Source: Candidatus Omnitrophota bacterium (GTDB lineage Bacteria > Omnitrophota > Gorgyraeia > Duberdicusellales > 4484-171). From it: a DNA stretch of 64,000 nt. The first letter of the stretch is position 1. Each line of letters opens with the position of its first letter. The translations under genes were made by a program, and so were the position numbers. Of this stretch, positions 1-10,619 are shown in pieces. The notes below the pieces were generated by a model. The model was not told where the DNA came from. It ran no database searches and saw nothing but the letters and a program-made list of their open reading frames with translations. Location: contig JBAZGN010000003.1 of the NCBI GenBank assembly GCA_041652815.1, positions 1,530 through 65,529 on the forward strand, read 5' to 3'.

Positions 1-84
1 TACGCTCCCGGAACCTATAAAAAAATTAGGCGTTTATAATTTAAAGGTTAAACTTCATCCCGCTGTAGAAGCTAACCTGCGTTT

Positions 85-1458
85 GTGGGTAATGAAGAAA
101 TGATTTCTGCAAATTCTTCTCAAACAATCGACAAACTTCCGCCGCAAAACATTGAAGCTGAAATGGCGACTCTGGGCGCAATGCTTATAAACGAGCCTGC
201 GATTGCGGAGGTTATGGAGATTGTAAATGAGGACTTTTTCTACAAAGACGAGCATAAGGTAATCTTTGAGACCATCATCTCGCTTTTTAATTCCAGAAAA
301 AAAGTTGATATATTAACAGTATCCGAAGATTTGAGCAAAAGAAAGCTGCTTGAAAGAATCGGCGGCGCAAGCTATTTGGCTTCGCTTGCAGATTTTGTTC
401 CTACCTCAGCAAACGTTGGCTACTATGCCCGCATCGTTAAAGAAAAGGGAGTTTTAAGGCTCCTTATTTCAAGCGCTACGCAAATTGTTTCTTTGGCATA
501 TAAAGAAGATGAAGAGATAAGTACTGTCCTGGATAAAGCGGAAAAACTTATTTTCGAAATAAGCGATAAGCGTATAGAAGGCGGTTACATACATATAAAA
601 GAGATTATAAAAGATGGAATAGAACTTATTGAATCTTTGTATCACAAAAAATCGCATATAACCGGAATACCCACGGGATTTAGCGATTTTGACGTAAAAA
701 CCGCGGGCCTTCAAAAAGGAGATTTGATAATTGTTGCCGGTAGGCCTTCGATGGGAAAAAGCGCCCTTGCTACTTCAATAGCGGAGTTCGCTGCGGTTGA
801 AGAAAAGATACCTATCGCATTTTTCAGCGTTGAAATGTCGAAAGAACAATTAATGCAAAGATTTTTATGTTCGCAGGCAAAAGTTGACATGCATAAATTG
901 CGTACTGGTTTTTTGGCTCCAAGCGAATGGCCTATTTTAACAAGCGCTGCCGGAAAACTTTCGGAAGCCCCTATTTATATTGATGATACTCCGGCAATAA
1001 ATGTTTTTGAATTAAGAGCAAAGGCCCGCAGGCTTCGTGCTCACTACAACATACAACTTGTCATAGTAGATTATTTACAAATGATTAGAGGCATGCGTAA
1101 AGGTGATAGCCGCCAGCAGGAAATATCAGAGATTTCGCAGGCATTGAAGGCCTTGGCAAAAGAACTTAATATTCCGGTGCTTGCGGTTAGCCAGTTGTCC
1201 CGCGCGGTTGAATCACGCACAGACCATCGCCCCCAGCTTTCTGATTTACGGGAATCAGGAGCTATAGAACAGGATGCAGACGTGGTTGTATTGTTGCTTA
1301 GAGAGGAATATTATAATCCCACCGCGGAAAATAAAGGCGTGGCTGAAGCCATTATAGCAAAACAGAGAAATGGCCCTGTGGGAAGCGTCAATCTTGGCTT
1401 TATCCGTGAATACATGAAGTTCGTAAACTTAGCAAAAAGCGCAAGCGAAGAATTTTGA
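85..1458 (+). CDS. dnaB: Replicative DNA helicase DnaB
   Basis: 457-aa ORF with the DnaB N-terminal domain and a RecA-like C-terminal domain (Walker A GRPSMGKSALA; DnaB-family motifs). The start may be the GTG at 85 or the in-frame ATG at 100. Confidence 0.9.
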   Translation: MGNEEMISANSSQTIDKLPPQNIEAEMATLGAMLINEPAIAEVMEIVNEDFFYKDEHKVIFETIISLFNSRKKVDILTVSEDLSKRKLLERIGGASYLASLADFVPTSANVGYYARIVKEKGVLRLLISSATQIVSLAYKEDEEISTVLDKAEKLIFEISDKRIEGGYIHIKEIIKDGIELIESLYHKKSHITGIPTGFSDFDVKTAGLQKGDLIIVAGRPSMGKSALATSIAEFAAVEEKIPIAFFSVEMSKEQLMQRFLCSQAKVDMHKLRTGFLAPSEWPILTSAAGKLSEAPIYIDDTPAINVFELRAKARRLRAHYNIQLVIVDYLQMIRGMRKGDSRQQEISEISQALKALAKELNIPVLAVSQLSRAVESRTDHRPQLSDLRESGAIEQDADVVVLLLREEYYNPTAENKGVAEAIIAKQRNGPVGSVNLGFIREYMKFVNLAKSASEEF

Positions 1459-1612
1459 TATGACACGTCCCGCCCTTAATGTAGTTATTTAGCGGGATCC
1501 CGCCGAGGCGGGAAATACCACGAATTTAGAACAAATGACCACGAATAAAAAATTAGTGCTTCACAAGCATTCGTGGCCATTCGTTTTTCATTTGCGATAA
1601 TCCGTGTTTTTA

Positions 1613-1641
1613 TTGACTTTGTGGCTAAAAATATTTATAAT
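1613..1641 (+). promoter_or_regulatory. Sigma70-like promoter (TTGACT-17-TATAAT) immediately upstream of bamA
   Basis: Perfect consensus hexamers with a 17-nt spacer. The -10 ends 6 nt before the ATG at 1648, which implies a leaderless or near-leaderless transcript. Confidence 0.4.
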
Positions 1642-1647
1642 ATATAA

Positions 1648-3921
1648 ATGCGTAAACTAATAATTTTATTTTTGTCTTATTTGTTTATTTTTTCCGCCTA
1701 CGGCGCCGATAGCGATGTAATTGCCCGGGTAGAAATTAAAGGGCAGAAAATCGTCAGCGACGCAACCATCATTTCAAAAATCAAGATTCGCGCAGGCCAA
1801 ACCTACAACGAAAATGTAGTGAATGAAGACATAAAAAACCTTTTGGCAACAGGCTTTTTCGAAAACGCTGATGCCGAAAAAGAAAAAACCGCGGAAGGCA
1901 TTGTTATAACTTTTAAGGTAAAAGAAAAACCCGTGCTTACAAAATTGGATATTGAAGGGGAACATTTTATAAGAAAGAAAAAGATAGAAGAAGTGATAGA
2001 CATAAAGGCCGGTTCATTTGTCGATGAATACAAGCTTAATGAAGTTGCCAGCAAAATAAAAGACCTCTATGCAAAAAAAGGGTTTACACAGACCAAAGTT
2101 ACTTATGATTTTAATGTAAAGAAAGATGCAAACGAGGCGGAAGTTAAATTTATAATAGAAGAAAAAGGCGTTTTAAAGGTCAGGCGCGTAAAAATACAAG
2201 GCAACAAGACAATATCAGCGGGACGAATACTTAAACTTATGAAAACGCGCAAAGCTTGGCTTTTTAATCCCGGCCTTTACAAAGAAGAGGCATTTAGAGA
2301 CGATATAAAACGAATAACCGATTTTTACCGCCAGGAAGGTTTCACTGATGTGAAAGTTGATACGGAACTTGATTTCAACGAAAAAGGTTTATATATTACG
2401 ATAAGCATAGTTGAAGGAAAGCGTTATTATTTAGGTACGATACAAATTGAAGGCTATAAAGATGTTTCATTGAATGAAATAAAGAAGGCAATGAAACTTA
2501 AAACAGATAGCGTATACAGCGACACCGTTTTATATGAAGAGTCTTCCAGGATACGTTCGGTATATGTTGACAAAGGGTATATTTTTGCACAAATCGAGCC
2601 TGTAACCATATTGAATCCTGAAACCCAAAAGGTTGATGTTACGTATAAAATTATAGAAAACCAGGTAGCTTACATCGAACGTATTGATATTAAAGGAAAT
2701 ATTAAAACGAAAGATAAAGTAATACGAAGGGAATTACGTGTTTATCCCGAGGAGCGATTCGATGGTAAAGCAGTAAGAAAAAGCAAAGAAAAACTGGAAA
2801 ATTTAGGATTTTTTGAAGAAGTCAGGTTTGATACTGAGCCAGGTACAAAACCGGACCAGGTAAATTTAGTAGTTGACGTTAAAGAGGCAAAGACAGGGCA
2901 TTTAAGCTTTGGCGGCGGTTATAGTTCAATTGAGGAATTCGTCGGTTTTGCTGAAATACGGCAAAAAAACTTTGACTATAAAAATTTCTCAACTTTTTCC
3001 GGAGCAGGCCAGGACTTAAGTCTTTATGCAAGCCTTGGAAGTTTAACCAGCCGCTACGAGTTAAGTTTCACGAATCCTTGGATATTCGACCGGCCATATT
3101 CTTTTGGTTTCGATGTCTACAAGAAAGGCCACGAACAAGATGAAGACGTGGGTTATGGTTATAGTGAAGATATTACCGGAGGAGATGTCCGCCTGGGAAA
3201 AGATTTCAATGATAGCCTTAAGGCCCAGATTGCTTACCGCTATGACAGGGTAAAAATTTCTGATGTCATAGATAGTGCGACCAGCGACTTAAAAGACGAG
3301 GCAGGAACCAACGATTTAAGCAGTGGTGAATTCGACTTGTCGTATGACACTCGCGATAACGTATTTTCTCCCTTAACCGGTATTTATTTTACTAATAATT
3401 TACAGGTTACAGGCGGACCGTTTGGAGGAAGTAAAGATTTTTTTAAATATTTTGCACGTTTTAGTTACTACTACCCGCTGATAAATAAATCTGTCTTAGA
3501 GGCGAGATTGCGTGCCGGCTGGGCTGACCCTTTTTCTGACACTAAAAACATTCCTATTTACGAAAGGTTCTTCGTCGGTGGAGCAAGTACCGTTAGAGGC
3601 TATCAAGAAAGAAAACTAGGCCCAGTTGACCCGGCAACTGACGACCCTCTTGGTGGAGAATCTATGTTTGTAGCAAACCTTGAATATACTTACCCTTTGA
3701 TAGACTTTTTAAAAGTTGCCACTTTCTTTGATGCCGGAAATGTCTGGAGTAAAAACAGCGATTTTTTTAGCGACAAATTATATAAAAGCGTAGGTTTGGG
3801 AGTGAGAGTAAAAACTCCGATAGGCCCGGTTAGTGTTGACTACGGCTGGCCGCTTGATTTAGGGCCAGGCGAGGAGCGTAAAGAGGGAAGGTTCCATTTT
3901 AATATAAGCAGAGGGTTTTAA
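1648..3921 (+). CDS. bamA: Outer membrane protein assembly factor BamA (Omp85)
   Basis: 757 aa with a signal peptide, POTRA-like repeats and a C-terminal beta-barrel. The bamA-skp-lpxD-fabZ-lpxA gene order is canonical. Confidence 0.9.
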   Translation: MRKLIILFLSYLFIFSAYGADSDVIARVEIKGQKIVSDATIISKIKIRAGQTYNENVVNEDIKNLLATGFFENADAEKEKTAEGIVITFKVKEKPVLTKLDIEGEHFIRKKKIEEVIDIKAGSFVDEYKLNEVASKIKDLYAKKGFTQTKVTYDFNVKKDANEAEVKFIIEEKGVLKVRRVKIQGNKTISAGRILKLMKTRKAWLFNPGLYKEEAFRDDIKRITDFYRQEGFTDVKVDTELDFNEKGLYITISIVEGKRYYLGTIQIEGYKDVSLNEIKKAMKLKTDSVYSDTVLYEESSRIRSVYVDKGYIFAQIEPVTILNPETQKVDVTYKIIENQVAYIERIDIKGNIKTKDKVIRRELRVYPEERFDGKAVRKSKEKLENLGFFEEVRFDTEPGTKPDQVNLVVDVKEAKTGHLSFGGGYSSIEEFVGFAEIRQKNFDYKNFSTFSGAGQDLSLYASLGSLTSRYELSFTNPWIFDRPYSFGFDVYKKGHEQDEDVGYGYSEDITGGDVRLGKDFNDSLKAQIAYRYDRVKISDVIDSATSDLKDEAGTNDLSSGEFDLSYDTRDNVFSPLTGIYFTNNLQVTGGPFGGSKDFFKYFARFSYYYPLINKSVLEARLRAGWADPFSDTKNIPIYERFFVGGASTVRGYQERKLGPVDPATDDPLGGESMFVANLEYTYPLIDFLKVATFFDAGNVWSKNSDFFSDKLYKSVGLGVRVKTPIGPVSVDYGWPLDLGPGEERKEGRFHFNISRGF

Positions 3922-3956
3922 CTGCCCGCGGAGTACTACCGGCAAGCAGGAAATAA

Positions 3957-3988
3957 ACCCCGTTAGAGAACTAGTTTTCTAACGGGGT
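3957..3988. repeat. Palindromic REP-like element with a CCCCGTTAGA core (copy 1)
   Basis: ACCCCGTTAGAGAA-CTAG-TTTTCTAACGGGGT, a stem of about 14 bp. Related copies lie at 30794-30829 and inside ligA at 55621-55674. Confidence 0.6.
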
Positions 3989-4031
3989 AAATATTAGGTT
4001 GTTATTGTAGTTAAAAAGAAGGAGGAGTGCA

Positions 4032-4538
4032 ATGAAAAAGAGTTTTATTTTTCTGGTAGCGTTTTTAGTGGCTTGTTCTTTTTGTTCGGTTTCTTTTGCC
4101 AAAGAATTAAAAATTGGCTATTTGAATTTTCTGGAAGTATTTAACGAATATAAAAAGACTAAAGATTATGACGAGACATTGAACAAAAAAGCCGAAGTAA
4201 AAGAGAAGGAGCTAAAAGATAAAGAGTCAGAGATAGAGAAAATGCAAAGTAAATTAAACGTACTTAAGGATAAGGAAAAAGAGAAAGAACAACAAAAGGT
4301 AGAAAAAGCAGCAAAGGAGTTTATGCAGCTTAAAAGACAATCGCTTATTGATCTTAAGAAGGAAAAGGACGAAAAAATGAAAGAAATAATAGAAGACATA
4401 GATAAGACTGTAAAAGACTATGCAAAAAAGAATAATTTTGATCTTTTAGTGCATGGAAGCGCTGTTTTGTACGGCAACAGTTCTATGGACGTCACCCAAG
4501 ATATTCTCAAAATTATAAACAGCTCCGCAAAGAAATAA
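4032..4538 (+). CDS. skp: Periplasmic chaperone Skp/OmpH family
   Basis: 168 aa with a signal peptide and a K/E-rich coiled-coil body. Its position between bamA and lpxD supports the call. Confidence 0.7.
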   Translation: MKKSFIFLVAFLVACSFCSVSFAKELKIGYLNFLEVFNEYKKTKDYDETLNKKAEVKEKELKDKESEIEKMQSKLNVLKDKEKEKEQQKVEKAAKEFMQLKRQSLIDLKKEKDEKMKEIIEDIDKTVKDYAKKNNFDLLVHGSAVLYGNSSMDVTQDILKIINSSAKK

Positions 4539-4603
4539 GATTTAGCAGTTATCCGCATGTGTTTAGCACAAAAAACCAGATTTAACTGGTTTATGGTTTT
4601 ACA

Positions 4604-5650
4604 ATGCTTAAGGTTACTCTTTTAGAAATAGCAAAACTGGTTGAAGGCGAGCTTGTAGGCAATAAAGATATTGTGATTACTGGAATTTCGGGTATAAAAG
4701 AAGCCAAGAAAGGTGACATTACTTTTTTGGCTAATTCAAAATACGAGTCATTACTTGAAACTACTGAAGCTTCGGCAATTATTACTTCTAACCTGCCGGT
4801 TAACTCGTCCAAACCTTTGATAAAGACAGAAAATCCTTCTTTTGCTTTTGCGAAAGTTATGGCTATGTTTGCTCCGGATGCAATACGCCATCCGCAAGGC
4901 ATAAGCGAACAGGCGTCTATTTCTCCTAAAGCAAAATTTGGCAAAAATGTTGCAATTGGCCCCTTTACGATTATAGAAGACAATGTAATTGTGGGGAATG
5001 ATACAATCATTTACGGTAATTGCTACGTCGGCCATGATACAAAAATAGGCGACAAATGTATAATTTATCCGAATGTTTCCATACGAGAAAGAATAATAAT
5101 TGGTAACCGTGTAATTATTCATTGCGGCACAGTTATAGGAAGCGATGGCTTTGGGTTTGCGCTGGTAAAAGGTATTCAGGAAAAAATTCCGCAAATAGGG
5201 ACAGTGCTTATAGAAGATGATGTTGAGATAGGCGCAAATGTCACAATAGACAGGGCAAGATTTGATAAAACTTTTATAGGAAAAGGTACGAAAATCGATA
5301 ATCTGGTTCAGATTGCGCACAACGTAATTATCGGGGAAAATTGTACAATCGTTGCCCAGGCAGGCATATCCGGAAGCACAATTCTCGGTAACGGCGTAAT
5401 TTTGGCAGGCCAGGCCGGTTTAGTAGGACATATTACAGTAGGTGACGGCGCGGTAGCGGCTGCACAGGCAGGGGTTACTAAGTCAATACCGGCACACACG
5501 GTTGTGTCGGGTTATCCTGCCAGGCCTCATGATGTTGCAAAACGTGTAAATGCCTGCGTGCAGAATTTACCGCAGCTCTATAAACGCATAAAGGAACTTG
5601 AGCAAAAAATTGAGAAATTGATAAACACGCACAAAGAAAAAAATGGATAA
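4604..5650 (+). CDS. lpxD: UDP-3-O-acylglucosamine N-acyltransferase LpxD
   Basis: 348 aa with left-handed beta-helix hexapeptide repeats and an LpxD-type N-terminal domain. Confidence 0.9.
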   Translation: MLKVTLLEIAKLVEGELVGNKDIVITGISGIKEAKKGDITFLANSKYESLLETTEASAIITSNLPVNSSKPLIKTENPSFAFAKVMAMFAPDAIRHPQGISEQASISPKAKFGKNVAIGPFTIIEDNVIVGNDTIIYGNCYVGHDTKIGDKCIIYPNVSIRERIIIGNRVIIHCGTVIGSDGFGFALVKGIQEKIPQIGTVLIEDDVEIGANVTIDRARFDKTFIGKGTKIDNLVQIAHNVIIGENCTIVAQAGISGSTILGNGVILAGQAGLVGHITVGDGAVAAAQAGVTKSIPAHTVVSGYPARPHDVAKRVNACVQNLPQLYKRIKELEQKIEKLINTHKEKNG

Positions 5651-6950
5651 ACAAAAAACTTTAAAAAAGAAAATTTCATTCGAAGGTATAGGGCTTCACA
5701 GCGGGCAAAGTTCAAAAATAGAAATCCTGCCCGCGCCTATAAATACGGGTATAGTTTTTATAAGGCAGGATTTGGGAGGCCAGCTTATAAAGGCAGATTT
5801 TTATTCTATAGGTTCTACTGAAAAGTTTCCTCGGCGTACTTCTGTTTGCGCAAACGGAATTTATATACATACTGTAGAGCATTTAATGGCTGCCTTTAAT
5901 CTTTTACGTGTAGACAATGCCCAGATAAATATTTGGGGCGAAGAGGTGCCTGGATTAGACGGGAGTGCTAAGGAATTTGTCCAAAAAATACAGGAAATAG
6001 GTTTAGAAGCGCAGGATGCGCCGATAAATTATCTGGTTGTAAAAGAGCCTATCTGGGTTGAAGAAGGCCAAACAAGTATTGTAGCTCTCCCTTCTGATTG
6101 TTTACGTATGTCTTATGCTTTAAAATATGATAATCCCCTGATTGGTTCAGGCTGTGTCGATGTGGTGCTTGACGGAAATGTCCAGGAAAACATTTTTCAA
6201 GCCCGCACATTTTGCCTGGAAGATGAAGTTAAATCTTTGTTAGACATTGGCCTGGGTAAAGGAGCAAATTACGAAAATACGCTGGTAGTTTCCAAGGAGG
6301 GCGTAGTTAAGAATAAATTAAGATTTCCTGACGAGTTCGTTAAACATAAAGTCCTGGATTTAATAGGTGATTTGTATCTTGCTGGCCCGATTAAAGCCCA
6401 TATTATCGCCGTAAAAAGCGGGCACTCTCTGAATATAAAATTGCTTGAGAAACTGCGCCGCTATAAAGAAAAAACTGTGGGCGCCGGAGTAGGGTCGCAC
6501 ACTTCGTTTGTGCCTACCACTAATCAACTAAGTAGTGAAGAGATAATGAAGCTTTTACCGCACCGTTATCCTTTCTTGCTTGTTGACCGTATTATTGATA
6601 TGGAAAAACTTAAAAGGGCAGTAGGTATAAAGAATGTTACGATGAATGAGTATTTCTTTCAAGGGCACTTCCCGGGCCGTCCGGTTATGCCCGGAGTTTT
6701 GATCATAGAAGCAATGGCTCAAGTGGGTGGAGTGCTTATGCTATCAAGCGAAGAAAATAAAGGTAAACTCGCTTATTTCATGGCAGCAAATAATGCAAAA
6801 TTCCGCAGAACCGTCGTTCCGGGCGACCAGTTAGTAATAGAGGTCGTTGCCGGTAAAGTACGCAGTAAAACAGGGACAGTTCACGCAAAAGCTTTTGTTG
6901 ATGAAAAACTTGCCGCAGAGGCAGAGCTTATGTTTGCCCTTGTCGATTAA
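5643..6950 (+). CDS. lpxC-fabZ: Bifunctional LpxC deacetylase / FabZ dehydratase fusion
   Basis: 435 aa. The N-terminal ~280 aa are LpxC-like (HKxLDLIGDL motif); the C-terminal ~150 aa form a FabZ hot-dog fold ([25 protein letters not shown]). Confidence 0.9.
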   Translation: MDKQKTLKKKISFEGIGLHSGQSSKIEILPAPINTGIVFIRQDLGGQLIKADFYSIGSTEKFPRRTSVCANGIYIHTVEHLMAAFNLLRVDNAQINIWGEEVPGLDGSAKEFVQKIQEIGLEAQDAPINYLVVKEPIWVEEGQTSIVALPSDCLRMSYALKYDNPLIGSGCVDVVLDGNVQENIFQARTFCLEDEVKSLLDIGLGKGANYENTLVVSKEGVVKNKLRFPDEFVKHKVLDLIGDLYLAGPIKAHIIAVKSGHSLNIKLLEKLRRYKEKTVGAGVGSHTSFVPTTNQLSSEEIMKLLPHRYPFLLVDRIIDMEKLKRAVGIKNVTMNEYFFQGHFPGRPVMPGVLIIEAMAQVGGVLMLSSEENKGKLAYFMAANNAKFRRTVVPGDQLVIEVVAGKVRSKTGTVHAKAFVDEKLAAEAELMFALVD

Positions 6951-7034
6951 CCAAAACAAAAATTTTATTCGTTTTTACCAATTTTACAGTTTTTTGTTCT
7001 GCGAATTGGTTTTATTAGAGCTTATCGAAATTAA

Positions 7035-7062
7035 TTGTCCTCAATATTTTTTCTGTTATAAT
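7035..7062 (+). promoter_or_regulatory. Sigma70-like promoter (TTGTCC-16-TATAAT) upstream of lpxA
   Basis: The hexamers are read directly from the sequence. The -10 ends 9 nt before the ATG at 7072, so the leader is very short. Confidence 0.35.
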
Positions 7063-7071
7063 AACTAAAAC

Positions 7072-7851
7072 ATGCCTATTAAAGTCGATAAAAAAGCTAT
7101 TATCAGCAAAAACGCAAAACTTGGCCCCGGAGTTATTGTCGGGCCATATGCTATAATCGGCCCTGATGCAGAAATCGGCGCCGGCACATCTATAGATGCG
7201 TTTGTCCAGGTAATCGGAAATACTAAAATCGGTAAAAACTGCCGTATTTTTTCTCACGCGGTGCTAGGGAATCCCCCTCAAGACTTAAAATATAAAGGCG
7301 AGAAAAGCTTCTTGATTGTGGGCGATAATAATATAGTACGCGAATTCGTTACAATGAATCTTGGCACAGAAAAAGATTCAAAAACAATAATCGGCAATAA
7401 CAATCTCATTATGGCTTATTCACATATTGCCCATGACTGCATAATCGGCAATCATAATGTATTAGCTAATTGCGCTACTTTAGCGGGGCATGTTACTATA
7501 GAAGATAAAGTAACGATAGGTGGCCTTGTTGCTGTGCACCAATTCTGCAGGCTTGGCGTGCTTTCTATAGTGGGAGGCTGTTCAAAAGTTGTGCAGGACG
7601 TTGCACCATTTTCAATGAGTGACGGGCATCCATCAGCTGTCTGCGGCCTTAATTTAATCGGCATGAAGCGGGCAAATTTTTCCGTAGAAGCCATACGAGT
7701 CTTAAAAAAAGCTTTCAAAATCCTTTTTTTCGAAAATCATACGTTTGATAAAGCAAAAGAACTGGTTAAAAGCGGACTGCCTTTAACTAAAGAGCTTAAT
7801 TATTTACTCTCATTTATTTCTTCTTCTAAGCGTGGCTTGGGTAGACAATAG
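7072..7851 (+). CDS. lpxA: UDP-N-acetylglucosamine O-acyltransferase LpxA
   Basis: 259 aa with hexapeptide repeats and an LpxA-like C-terminal helical domain. Confidence 0.9.
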   Translation: MPIKVDKKAIISKNAKLGPGVIVGPYAIIGPDAEIGAGTSIDAFVQVIGNTKIGKNCRIFSHAVLGNPPQDLKYKGEKSFLIVGDNNIVREFVTMNLGTEKDSKTIIGNNNLIMAYSHIAHDCIIGNHNVLANCATLAGHVTIEDKVTIGGLVAVHQFCRLGVLSIVGGCSKVVQDVAPFSMSDGHPSAVCGLNLIGMKRANFSVEAIRVLKKAFKILFFENHTFDKAKELVKSGLPLTKELNYLLSFISSSKRGLGRQ

Positions 7852-7868
7852 TTTCCACGAATAATCAA

Positions 7869-8684
7869 TTGCCTATGAAACTCGGAATCATTGCCGGAAA
7901 TCGCCTTCTTCCTATTATACTTTCCAAAGCTATAAAACAAAAAAATCCGCAAACTGAGCTTGTTGCTTTTTGCTTCCATCACGAAACTTCAAAGCTTATC
8001 AAAAAATACGCCGATAGGTGTTATTGGTTTTCCGTAGGTGACCTTGGCCGTCTACGGGATACGATTGAAAGCGAAGGCTTATCGGGATGCATTATGGCTG
8101 GGCAAATTACGCCGCTACGCATTTTCGACCGTAAAAACTGGGATGGAGAATTGCTCAGGCTTGTTAGTGAAACTAACGATATGCGGCCGCATACTATTTT
8201 TTTAAGCATTATCAGATATCTTGAACTGCATGGGGTTAAGTTTCTTGATTCAACGATATATTTAACGCAAAGTCTGGCTTCGTGCGGTTGCATGAATGGT
8301 TTAGTTTATTCGGATTATGTTAAGGAAGACATTAACTTTGGGGTCAACATGGTTTCCCGTTTCGTTGACCTGGATATTGGCCAAACCATGGTTATTAAGA
8401 ACAAAAGCGTAGTTTCTCTGGAGGCTCTGGAAGGGACCGACAATACAATAAAGCGCGGATTTAGACTAGCCGGAAATGGTTGTGTTATTGTTAAATTTAG
8501 CAAAACCAATCAGGACTTAAGGTTTGATGTTCCGGTTGTAGGCCCGCATACTTTAAAGCTTCTTAAAAGAATAAAAGCATCTGCGCTTGTGTTGGAGTCC
8601 GGCAAGGTTTTGATGTTGGAAAAAGAAAAATTTTTGCAACTTGCGTCACAGTATCAAGTACCGGTAATTGGCGTAAATAGGTGA
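7869..8684 (+). CDS. lpxI: LpxI-like UDP-2,3-diacylglucosamine hydrolase (DUF1009)
   Basis: 271 aa with an N-terminus of LGIIAGNRLLP type, typical of the LpxI family that replaces LpxH. It sits directly after lpxA. Confidence 0.65.
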   Translation: MPMKLGIIAGNRLLPIILSKAIKQKNPQTELVAFCFHHETSKLIKKYADRCYWFSVGDLGRLRDTIESEGLSGCIMAGQITPLRIFDRKNWDGELLRLVSETNDMRPHTIFLSIIRYLELHGVKFLDSTIYLTQSLASCGCMNGLVYSDYVKEDINFGVNMVSRFVDLDIGQTMVIKNKSVVSLEALEGTDNTIKRGFRLAGNGCVIVKFSKTNQDLRFDVPVVGPHTLKLLKRIKASALVLESGKVLMLEKEKFLQLASQYQVPVIGVNR

Positions 8685-10618
8685 GTGTGCAACTATTTAA
8701 AATACGCACAGATGTTAAATCTTTTCAAAAATCTACTCCAGGAATAGTTTTTTTTCTTTTACTGCCCATACTTCTTCTATCTATACCAAAAAGTTCTTTG
8801 TGTGAAGGGGAATTGTCTCGCAAGTTTCTTGATACTGCTGCTTCGTGCAAAGAAGCAATGAACTACAAAGAAGCTATCTCTGTAATAGAAAACAATAAAG
8901 GCTTGTTGAGTCAGGCTTCCGAAACAAATTTTTTGTGCCGGCTTTATTATTTAGATGGCCAAAGCAAAAAAGCAATAGAAACATTAAGTACGATTGAAGA
9001 CAAGGATTGGATTAGTTATCTTTATCTTGGCCTTTCCTACGAAGATATAGGCGAAACTACGCTCGCCGTAAAAAATTACCTTCAGTCGCTTAAGCTTAAC
9101 GAAAATTTTATCGCGCTGTACCGATTAGCTAAGATATATTATAAACGTAAATCATACGCAAAGGCCTCACGTTTTTTTTCCAAACTTATCGCGCTTGACT
9201 CAAGTACACGATTTGCCAACTACTATCTTGCGGAATGTTTCTTAAAAACAGGGGATTATAAACGCGCTTATACTTATTCCGCAAAAAGCATAAATTTTTA
9301 TCCGGACAACAAAGATATAAAAACCCAGCTTCTCGTAATTAAAGATAAAATAGGCAAGGCTTTTTTTGTTGAGGCAAAGCGGACAGTAGAACGTGCCAGA
9401 GATATTGTAAAACTTATGTTTTACAAACGTGAGAAAAACGTCCCTGCTATCAAAGTAGGGTTAGCTACCGACCTTAAAGATTTTACCTTTCGCTGCGGCG
9501 GTAATTTTACGGTTTCAGACGCTAAAAATTCATTTACGGGTGAAAAAAACAAGTTCTATAAAATCTTATTTCAAAACAAACGGTTATATTTAACTGACGA
9601 CAGAACAGGAACTGTTTACAAAAAATTTCACAACCAGGTTTCTATCAAAAGCCAAGGTTACCCTTTTTACATTTTGGACGTAAATTACGGCCGCAGCAAT
9701 TTTTGGCATAAAAAAGTAGACAGAATATACCGGGGAGATTTTAAGCTCATAGCCAATAAAGACATTACGCTTATTAATATTGTAAGTATAGAAGAGTATT
9801 TGTATGGAGTTTTACCAGCGGAAATTTTAGCTAGTTCCGATAAAGAGGCACTTTACGCGCAGGCCGTTGCAGCACGAACGATTGCATTTAGGAGCATAAA
9901 ACAGCAACGTCACTCAAGCGAAGATTTTGACGTTTGTGCAGATACCCATTGCCAGGTTTACCAGGGTATGTCTGTTGAAACTGCCGCAACGAATAAAGCA
10001 GTTGATGAAACAAAGGGGCAAATTGTTTTATATAAATCCGAGCCCATTGAGGCAATTTACCACTCAAATTGCGGCGGGTGCCTGCGGCCGGATGTCTTTA
10101 GTAAAAAAGAATATTATGCTAAAGGTTCTGATTCAATGAAAAACAATTGTCCTATGTCTTTCTATGAAGAAGAAGATTGGTTCACCAGTTTTCCCGAAAA
10201 CTTTTGCGCTCATTCTTATAAAACTAACTATCGCTGGCAAAGAGTTTACGATGAAGAAGACTTTTTGCTTGCGTTCGGATATCCCGTGAAAAACATAGTA
10301 TCAATAACTCCGCAAGAAAAAATTACCTGCGGGGCGTACAAATTGGTACGAATAGAAACATCTAAAGATAAAACAGACATCAAAGGAGATTTTAACATAC
10401 GTAACTATTTTGATAAATTACGCAGCAGCGCCTTTAAGGTTGATGTAAAGTTTTCATCGCAAGGCCAGGCAAAAATGATATTTTTCTGGGGAGCAGGTTT
10501 TGGCCATGGCGTCGGCATGTGCCAGGAAGGAGCGCAATTTATGGCAAAAAGCGGGTTTACTTACCAGGAGATAATAAGGCACTACTATCCATATACAGAA
10601 ATAGTAAAAAGATATTAA
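8681..10618 (+). CDS. TPR-repeat protein with C-terminal SpoIID/LytB domain
   Basis: 645 aa: N-terminal hydrophobic segment, TPR-like repeats, then a SpoIID/LytB region (EEYLYGVLPAEI..ALYAQAVAARTIA..HSNCGG). Confidence 0.65.
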   Translation: MSVQLFKIRTDVKSFQKSTPGIVFFLLLPILLLSIPKSSLCEGELSRKFLDTAASCKEAMNYKEAISVIENNKGLLSQASETNFLCRLYYLDGQSKKAIETLSTIEDKDWISYLYLGLSYEDIGETTLAVKNYLQSLKLNENFIALYRLAKIYYKRKSYAKASRFFSKLIALDSSTRFANYYLAECFLKTGDYKRAYTYSAKSINFYPDNKDIKTQLLVIKDKIGKAFFVEAKRTVERARDIVKLMFYKREKNVPAIKVGLATDLKDFTFRCGGNFTVSDAKNSFTGEKNKFYKILFQNKRLYLTDDRTGTVYKKFHNQVSIKSQGYPFYILDVNYGRSNFWHKKVDRIYRGDFKLIANKDITLINIVSIEEYLYGVLPAEILASSDKEALYAQAVAARTIAFRSIKQQRHSSEDFDVCADTHCQVYQGMSVETAATNKAVDETKGQIVLYKSEPIEAIYHSNCGGCLRPDVFSKKEYYAKGSDSMKNNCPMSFYEEEDWFTSFPENFCAHSYKTNYRWQRVYDEEDFLLAFGYPVKNIVSITPQEKITCGAYKLVRIETSKDKTDIKGDFNIRNYFDKLRSSAFKVDVKFSSQGQAKMIFFWGAGFGHGVGMCQEGAQFMAKSGFTYQEIIRHYYPYTEIVKRY

Positions 10619-10619
10619 A

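Noticed and set aside
6847-7068. 73-aa ORF spanning the lpxC-fabZ 3' end and the lpxA promoter
   Set aside because: It overlaps the coding 3' end of lpxC-fabZ in another frame and an A/T-rich promoter region. It has no RBS and its translation is low-complexity.
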